Source: Octopus sinensis (taxonomy: Eukaryota). Taken from it: 64,000 nt of DNA. Below are positions 55,142-64,000 of this stretch, in pieces. Numbering within the stretch: the stretch's first letter is position 1; every line of letters begins with the position of its first letter. A program made the position numbers and the translations under genes. The stretch covers positions 81,282,001 to 81,346,000 of the forward strand of contig NC_043001.1 in the NCBI RefSeq assembly GCF_006345805.1, in the 5' to 3' direction. The notes beneath the pieces were generated by a model that worked only from the letters and a program-made list of their open reading frames with translations, was not told the origin of the DNA and did not search any database.

Positions 55142-58100
55142 TTCTTTTCCTTTTATAATCTCTCATTGTTTTGTTTCGAAGTTAAAGAATCCATTTAGCC
55201 TCAGTGCTCTAGGGTTAATCATTCCATCACAAAAGTTACTGATGCAAATGAAGAGATGCACAAAAGAAAATGATAATTACTCTGTGAAAATGGCAGTGTG
55301 CATGTTGGCATGCTTCCTTCTCTTGGTGGAGCAAATAATAAAAACAATAATGATGATCATAATAATAACAATAATAATAGTAATAATAGTTATTGTAATG
55401 ATAATAATAATAATAATAGTTGTAATAGTAATGAAAATAATGAAAGAGAAGAGAAAAATTTTGTGTTAAAGAAGAAAAAATGTTTCTTTCCTGATTTGGC
55501 TATGTATGGATATACATTAATATATATTTGTGTGTGTGTATGTGTATATATATGGCGAGAGAGAGACTGAGATACATGCTTATTTTATGAAGACAGAGAA
55601 AAAGAGATGTGTGTGTAGATATGCATATAAGTGTATGTGTGTAAGTATTTCTCAGTCAAAATGTTCGATTGTACATTTTTAGTTGTTCAATCCACTGAAC
55701 TACCAGGCTCTGTGAATAAGTACATTAGTGACTGAGTATTCCACAGAGAATGTAACCACCATGTTAATTCTGAAGCCAGTCAGTGTTATAACATTTGAGC
55801 TTTGAATTACTGGTACCATTTGGCATGCTTTCTCATAGTTTCCATGTAACTAATTTCAACCACAAGACATGGAGCAACCTCAAGTTATGGAAAATGGCCT
55901 GGCTTTTAGTTGGTTATGAGGTTTCCAGTTGACCTGATCTATGGAAAAGCATGCTTGTGAAATTAACATGCAAGTGAATGAACACTCCACTGACATGTGT
56001 ACCCTCAATCTAGTTCTCAGGGAGATTCAGCATAACACAGAATGTGACATGGCTGACCCATTGAATTACAGGTACTACTTGTTTTTGCCAGCTGAATGAA
56101 CTGGAGCAATGTGAAATAAAGTATCTTGCTCAAGGACACAACATGTTGCCTACCCTAACCACTAAGCCACATGTCTTCATTTTGCAAGTGTGTGTGTGTG
56201 TGTGTGTACACACACACACATAAACATTTGATCACTATAAACAAATCATCGGTGTGGTTGTTCGGTAAGAAATTGTCGAACCCTCATATGTCATCTAACG
56301 ATGGTAAAGTCCATCATATATGTATATATGCGCACACACACATATATCATCACATCGTTTAACGTCTGTTTTCCATGCTGGCATGGGTTGTTTGACAGGA
56401 GCATCCAGCTCATGCCAGCATGGTAAACGGATGTTAAATAATGAAGATGATACACTCACTCACTCACTCACACACTCACACACACACACTCACACACACA
56501 CACACACACGCATGTGTGTGGCTCTCTGTTGTTTATAACGAAGAGTGTTCCAGTTGATTTGACCAACAGAACAGCCTGCTCTTGAAATTAACATGCAAAT
56601 GACATGCATGCCCATAATGTAGTTTGCAGGATGATTCAGCATGACACAGAATGTGTCAAGGCTGGCCCATTGAACTGCAGGTACAACTCATTTTTGCCAG
56701 CTGAGTGGACTGGAATAATGTGAAATAAAGAGATAAAGGACACAATGTACTGCTGGGAATCAAATTGACAACCTTAAGATAGAAGCATCCAACCCATGCC
56801 AGCATGGTAAACAGATGTTAAACGATGATGATGATGATGATACATACACCCTCTCCCCCCCACACACACATAGATATTAGCTTGAATTACCTTAGCCACT
56901 AATTCATGCACCATTGCATATGGTGAATGACATTTGCCAAGGTTTTCATGTATGGGATTGAACCTAGGATTTCAAAATTGCTGAACTTAACTTCTTAACA
57001 TTTCTGTCACACATGCAGCTATGTATATTTGTAGGTGCAGACATAACTGGGCAGTTGAGAAGTTCACTTCCTAATCACTTGGTTTTAGGTTTAGTCCCAC
57101 TGCACAGTACTTTGGGCATGATTGTATGGTAAGAAGTTTGCTTCCTAACCACATGGTTTTGGGTTCAGTCCCACTATGAAGTACCTTGGACAAGTGTCTT
57201 CAAGTATAGCCCTAGGCCAACCAAAGCCTTGTGAATAGATGTGGTAGTTGGAAACAGAAGGAAGCCTCTTGTATGGTGTGTGTGAGACTTTTGCCTGTGT
57301 TTGCCCCACCACCACCACCACCACTTGACAAATGTTGTTGGTGTATTTATGTCCCCATAACTTAGCAGTTTAGCAAAAGAGGCCATTGGAGTAAGTACTA
57401 GGCTTTAAAAAGAAAAATAGGTTTGGGGTCAATTTGTTTGATTAAGATTCTTCAAAGTAGTGCCCCAACATGGCTGCAGTCAAATGAGTGAAGCATGTAT
57501 GAGATGTATTTGTATATACAGTAATCCCTCAACTATTGTGGGTGTTACATTCCAAAACCTCCCACAGAAATAATTAAAATCCAAAAAAATCTAAATACCT
57601 ATCAGCCACAGAAATCCATAATATACTGAGGATTCCACAATATAAATTTACATATATTAGCCAGAAAAATCTGCAATGTACTGAGTGCATGATAGGTGAA
57701 CTACGATATGGTGAGGGATTACTGTATATGTCTGTGTTTGTGCTTGTCCCCCACCATTGCTTGACAACCAGTGTTGGTTTGTTTATATCCCCATAACTTG
57801 TTCAGCATAAAAAAAAAAGTGACCAAAATAGAGAAAGATCATTGTATATATAAAAGTGCATTTTTGGACCTGGCAGAACCCAACTCTCTCCAGATATGAC
57901 CACATTGGATTTTTTTCCCAAGATGACAGGCAGAAAGGAAGAAAGATAAAGAATTTGCCCTATTTTCAGATATACATACACACATGAATAAATGTGTGTG
58001 TGTGTGTGTGTGTGTTGATTACATCAGTCCCAATGCTCATCTGCTACTTATTTCATCAACTCCAAAAGGATAAAAGGCAAGGCTGACCTCTGCAGAATTT

Positions 58101-58785
58101 GAACTTAGTACATGAAGACAGATAAATTACCAGCTCACCACATTTATGTATAAGTATTACACAAATACACACACATTGATATGCAAATACAATGATTGTG
58201 AGTGGGCATATGTTTGCAGATATATATTTGTATAATATCACACATACACACTCACAAATATATATATATATATGTGTGCATGTGTGGGTGTGTATAAAAA
58301 TTCCTTACTCTCACTCAATATGAGGTATGTATTATCTCACTACAGTAAAGAGTTTCACTTAAAAAGAATAATAAAAATAGTAATGGAAATAAGTCTTTGA
58401 TTGCCGCAAAATAAAATATTTAATGCATAAATATATCTTTGTGCGTGTGTACACACATATATTTGTGTTTGTGTGTGTGTGTGTGTTATATGCACACACA
58501 TCTAATACATATAGAATAATGAATAAAACATTGTTTTGTAATTGTTCTCTTTTTTACTTTTTTTATCTTCTTCCTCTTACATTTATTTATTTATTCATTC
58601 ATTCATTTATAGCTTTTCTAATCAATTGTAAACTTCCTTTCTGTTATATTACAATCACTTATGGAAGATGCATTTAATAAAAAAGAAATACAAAAAGCAA
58701 CAGCAAAAAAAATTATAAACAAAATCTTTTTCAAAAAAATTTGTAAAGTAACACTATATGGAATGATAGGGATGTTCAGCTGTGT

Positions 58786-58826
<41 letters not shown>

Positions 58827-60129
58827 GAAGGAATTGGAGTCAAGAAGAGGGAGAATGGTTGGACACTTGTTTATTATTCGCTACAATTGTATGGTTATGT
58901 TGTATTCCTAATAGATACAACATAACTATATATACATACACACATACATATATATATGCATACATAAATATATATGTATGTACATACATATATACATATA
59001 CTCAGACACACATATACACGCACAAACACATATCTGTTCAGTTCTATTCAGCATTTTTTGATCTGCAGTTATGGCCCTTTCTTTCAAAAATAGCTTGTTT
59101 TTTAAAATTTATGTATTTATTTAATTTTTTGAGAATATGAAGACAATACTACACATGAGAATATATGTCAAATAGTTCAACTAGCTAATTATTGTAATTT
59201 GCTAATTATAAATCATTAGTTAAGGTATTTTCCTATGACATTATTGACCAGATTCAATACTTATGTCTGACAAAATGCTTAGCTGCAATTAAATCCAGCT
59301 CTTTACATTCTGAGTTCAAATTCCGTTGAGATCAACTTTACCCTTCATCCTTTCAGTGCTAGCTGAGCACTGGAGTTGATGTAAATGACTTCCCCCTCTC
59401 AAATTGCCATCCTTGTGCAAAAATTATTAACAATTATTAACCATTTTGATACTCTGCTACCTGAAGCCAGCTCTGGGTTTACAACTCTGTGTTCTTATTT
59501 AAAAGTAATCTAAATATCTAATCAAAATCTTACATCAAAATTTAATAGATTCACCTTTTAGCATTCAAATTTCTTTATCAAATTCATTGCTTGTCTGTTC
59601 ACAATGTTTTGAATTAATCACACATTAATTTTTACTATAAACCTGAGCTGACCAAAGCCATATGAGTGAATTTGGGGGATGGAAGTGATCTGAGAGCCTG
59701 TTGTGTGTGTGTGTGTGTGCGCGCACGCATACGTGCGTGTAAGTGTTAAATAAAAATAAGTTAAGAGAAATAATGCAGAGAGGCCATTGCCATGTATTTG
59801 AACAACATAAACAAATATGATACAACATAAATTCTTGATTTATTAATGGTATCTCTGGTTCTAGAACATGTGTCACAATTATCAAATGACAGTTGAGAAC
59901 ATCTCCATATGAGAAAAGGAGATAATCTAACAAATCAAGATTTCTATGAAGTTGACTTACCATTTAGACAAGGTACACACTTATTGTCTAGAGCATAAGA
60001 GGGCAAACTCAAACATAGGCACCATCAACAATTCTAACCTATTGCCAGCAGCCAAGAGACATATACAAAGAGAGTAGAACACATTTATAGCTTCGGCATT
60101 TGCATAATGAAAATAATCTTAGAGAAATA

Positions 60130-60540
60130 GGTGCAGGAGTGGCTGTGTGGTAAGTAGCTTGCTAACCAACCACATGGTTCCGGGTTCAGTCCCACTGCGT
60201 GGCATCTTGGGCAAGTGTCTTCTGCTATAGCCCCGGGCCGACCAATGCCTTGTGAGTGGATTTGGTAGACGGAAACTGAAAGAAGCCTGTCGTATATATG
60301 TATATATATATGTGTGTGTGTTTGTGTGTCTGTGTTTGTCCCCCTAGCATTGCCTGACAACCGATGCTGGTGTGTTTATGTCCCCGTCACCTAGCGGTTC
60401 AGCAAAAGAGACCGATAGAATAAGTACTGGGCTTACAAAGAATAAGTCCCGGGGTCGATTTGCTCGACTAAAGGCGGTGCTCCAGCATGGCCGCAGTCAA
60501 ATGACTGAAACAAGTAAAAGAGTAAAAGAGTAAAGAGTAA
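60130..60540 (+). mobile_element. SINE family A, full-length reference copy
   Basis: A-box TGGCTGTGTGG, B-box GGTTCAGTCCC, internal (TA)(TG) tract, 3' tail (AAAGAGT)n, CpGs retained. Confidence 0.9.
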
Positions 60541-60855
60541 ATAAATCAGACTGACCAGTGGCATGCATTTGAGCAACATATAGAAAATACAGCCATATCA
60601 AATACCATAGATAGGTAATTAATTAATAACTGGCAAAAAGAGTCAGAGAATTTCAAGCATCGGTATTCATCAAAGTTTAGTAAGTGCTAAGGTATGAAAC
60701 TTTCAGCCTTTGTGTCACCCCATAACCTCCGTTACTTATTTATAAAATACATGGAAACTCATGTTTCAAGGTCTATTTTTCTATTTGCACTGTCAAACCT
60801 ATATTATATTATATCATGTGTTATGTTAAATTATATTTCTTATTGTTGTTTACAG

Positions 60856-61025
60856 TTAAAATGTACAAATGTGAATCGATGGCTACAAGCTGTGGTATTT
60901 GCTTAACCATGGACAAGATATACAGATGTGGCTGGTGTGAGAACAAGTGCAGTATCCGGTCACAGTGCACCAATTACCATTGGTTTCCTAGCTCCGAGAT
61001 TTGTCGCAATGTGAAAATAACTGAG
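60856..61025 (+). CDS. PLXN: Plexin exon, complete 8-Cys PSI domain (phase 1-0)
   Basis: Acceptor ttgtttacag, donor gtaagc. (V)KMYKCESMATSCGICLTMDKIYRCGWCENKCSIRSQCTNYHWFPSSEICRNVKITE. Confidence 0.95.
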
Positions 61026-62180
61026 GTAAGCATTATACCTGTTCTCAATCACATCTTGAATGCTGCAGAAATACTCATAATGTGCTTGTATTTTGGTGCA
61101 CACACACACACACACACACATATATACATATATAATGTTTACATTTTATCAAGGAAGAAGTTGACAGTGACTTCGAAGTTTCAGTTTGTTAGCCTTCATC
61201 TGATTGTTTGATGAAAGCAATGATACTGAAGCTCTAAAGACCATGTCGATCTTTAATATGTATGTATTCTACTAAAAAAATATTGAGTAATCCTTCTTCA
61301 ATTTAATATTAAATTGTTTATTTGTGTGTGTTATTTAACATGAAACAAACAAAAATAAGATTTTGCTATCATACCTGTCAGTTTTCCAATGATGTGGCAA
61401 GTTTTTGTATGATGTAATGCACAAATAATGAATAAGATACCATACTATTGAAACATGTGTACCACACATTGAACTGCTATCGTCCATTTTCCTCTTTTTA
61501 TTCTGTATGTGTGTATTATACTGGTATAAAAAGAGGTGAGGCATGTCTGTATGTAAAATCTCAAACATCACTGTTATCTTCACAGTGCCTGCTTTTTTAA
61601 GATATCATGAATCTGGGTAGATTTTCACAATCATCTCAGTTATCTCATTGGTGATACAGACACAATACTCTCAGATGTCCCCATGACTTTTTTTACTCTT
61701 CTCCTTCCCTTACCTATATATCTAGGACCCTCCATCACCAACTTTTGACAAATTTTAGCCCCTGCATGTATCTTCCATTTCTCTCACATGTTCTCTCTGT
61801 CAAGTCTCTCTGAAATCATACCTTAATATGAGGACACTTTGGATAATGTTTTACTTGAAAGACTATGTCTAAAAGAACTAATAATGGTTATTTGTGGAGA
61901 AAGTATCTAATTAAGAGGATTAGGTACCATTTTATTTTATTTTCCAATTTAAAGTGATCAGCATTAAAACCATTCATCAAAATTCAATGTTAAGTTATAT
62001 TCCAAACCCCAATTTAGTAATGACAAAGTTATTTTACTTTGTTCTTTAGTCTAAAATTAATTAAAGTAAAGTTTGTGTTTTCAACCAAAATATAGTAACA
62101 AAAGGATTAAGCACACCCTAACATTTCCAGCCAATACTTCTCTGAATATGTGTTAACTTTTTTTTTTTTTTTTTGAACAG

Positions 62181-62332
62181 TTTCATCCATCAAAAGGTCC
62201 AAAAGAAGGTGGAACCCTTTTGACAATTAGAGGAGAAAATCTTGGTAAAACATTTTCAGACATCAAAAAGGGAGTGACTGTGGTTGGAGCACATTGCGAA
62301 CCTATAGAATCAGAGTATGTTCCTGCTCAAAA
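62181..62332 (+). CDS. PLXN: Plexin exon, IPT/TIG domain (phase 0-2)
   Basis: Poly-T tract then gaacag acceptor, donor gtaagt. FHPSKGPKEGGTLLTIRGENLG matches the canonical IPT P..GP..GGT.LTI.G.NLG motif. Confidence 0.95.
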
Positions 62333-63421
62333 GTAAGTAAAATTAAATATTGCATTCATTTTGTTCCACTTTAGGGTAATGAGCAGGGGATGGGGAGTCA
62401 GGAAATAACATAGAGGTAACTTTTCATGTCAAGGTTTTCAAAATAAAATTGGTTCTTATTTTTTAAAAAAGAAATTTAGCATATTAACAGCCATTGCCTG
62501 TTTCTGGAACCTACCAGTGATGCCATGTATTTCTGATCACATTGCATATTGTTTAATTACAAGGAAATGTAAGTTTTGGGCATTTTTACAATATTTCATA
62601 ATTAAACTTGAATATTTAGAACTCAGATGCAGTGAACTGGCAGAATTGTTACTGCGCTAGGAAAAATGCTTAGCAGCATTTCTTCCTTCTCTACATTCTG
62701 AGTTCAAATGCTGCTGGGAGTCAACTTTGCTTTCCATCCTTTCAGGGTCAATAAGATAAGTACCAGTTGAGCATTGGGGCTGATGTAAACAACTTACACC
62801 CTCCCAAAAACCTGCTGGCTTTGCACCAGAATTTGAAGCTAATAATTAGCACTCATTCTATTTTGATATCCTCAAAGCCATATCAAAGATACAGAATAAA
62901 ATATTTTCTAAAGTTATGAAAATGTACCACCAGTGGTGATTGTGTGAAGTTTGTGATGAACCACCAGTGGTACGTGTGACGGTTAATGTGTTAAATGATG
63001 ATTACTCCCTTAGATGCACACATTACTTGCAAAGGAAGACAAAATTTGCATACATTGCCAATTTTCATCCACTGCAAAATAATAGAGGGTAAGTAATAGT
63101 CCATGGAAAAATCCACAACTACAAGAAGGAATTTTTTGCACTCACATTTCACTCTGCTAAATATATCATCAATTCAAAGTGTTATGTCTGGTGGTAAAAA
63201 AAAAAACTAAAAGAACATTTTTCTTTTGTTAAATTTTTTTACTGTTTGTTTGTTATTTTCTTTATTCAAACAAGTGGTTTCTTCCAGAGGTCACAGATAT
63301 TACAAGGGTAATCTTCATAATATTTGGTAGGATTAGAAATTTTAATTTGCTTTTGTGTTTTAATTAATTAACTGAATAATTGAATTAATTTGTTCAATTT
63401 GTTTTATCTTTGTCAACCCAG

Positions 63422-63524
63422 GATTGTTTGCAGAACAGGACGCTCTTCAAAAAAGAGCGGCGCCGTCCGCGTTGTTGTGGCAACATTTGCATCAGCCATG
63501 TCAGATTTCTTTTATCAATATGTG
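63422..63524 (+). CDS. PLXN: Plexin exon, IPT/TIG domain C-terminal half (phase 2-0)
   Basis: Acceptor tgtcaacccag, donor gtgagt. (K)IVCRTGRSSKKSGAVRVVVATFASAMSDFFYQYV continues the IPT fold (IVC.T...F.Y). Confidence 0.9.
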
Positions 63525-64000
63525 GTGAGTATTCCACTTCTGTTTGTTCAACTTTATGTCCAGTAGGTTGTAAATATATAGCATACACACTTGTTCGTAA
63601 ATTGCAATCTATTGCTAGTTATTCATAGCTTACCATTCATATGGTCCTGCTGTCTATAAATAATTATTCAGTAATATAGGTTGTAGCATAGCTAGGTGCA
63701 GACATAACTGTGTGCTAAGAAGTTTGCTTCCCAACTATATAGTTTTGAGTTCAGTCTCATTGTATGGCACCTTGAGCAAGTGTCTTCTATTAAAAATAAC
63801 CCTAGGTTGACTACTTCCTTGTGAATGGATTTGGTGAATGGAAACTGTGAGAAGCTTATCGTGTGTATTTGTGCATGCACATGTGTGTGTGTTATTCACT
63901 CCTTGGTTTGGCTTCACATGATAATTATAAACAAATATCAGCATAACACAAGCAGTGTAAACATCTTGTCATAGCAAAATGTTAACTTACATGCAAACAG

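Noticed and set aside
60130-60210. tRNA-like sequences with A and B boxes (many copies)
   Set aside because: These are SINE heads: no complete cloverleaf, and each continues into a shared SINE body.

Overview
AT-rich, microsatellite-dense eukaryotic DNA. The repeat families look like those of an octopus/cephalopod genome; this is inferred from recall, not from a search. The only host gene I can support is a + strand plexin. Seven GT-AG coding exons (12663-12771, 19426-19530, 31746-31847, 46739-46835, 60856-61025, 62181-62332, 63422-63524) join in frame into 279 codons running PSI - IPT/TIG-like - PSI - IPT/TIG, most like invertebrate Plexin-B. The gene starts and ends outside the window. The rest is intron filled with tRNA-derived SINEs, (GAT)n-tailed non-autonomous elements, TTAA- and hAT-type MITEs, and decayed CR1, RTE, HERO-like (RLE) and Tc1 fragments. 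There is also a ~4.85 kb (TA)n tract and a 100-N gap. The most unusual signals are two non-coding elements embedded in (TA)n. The first is a near-perfect 324-bp palindrome carrying a minimal type I hammerhead ribozyme motif on each strand (7174-7497). The second is a 488-bp-period direct-plus-inverted repeat element with a degenerate hammerhead (51931-52630). Both resemble Penelope-like/retrozyme architecture. Almost all ORFs in the supplied track are microsatellite or repeat artefacts.
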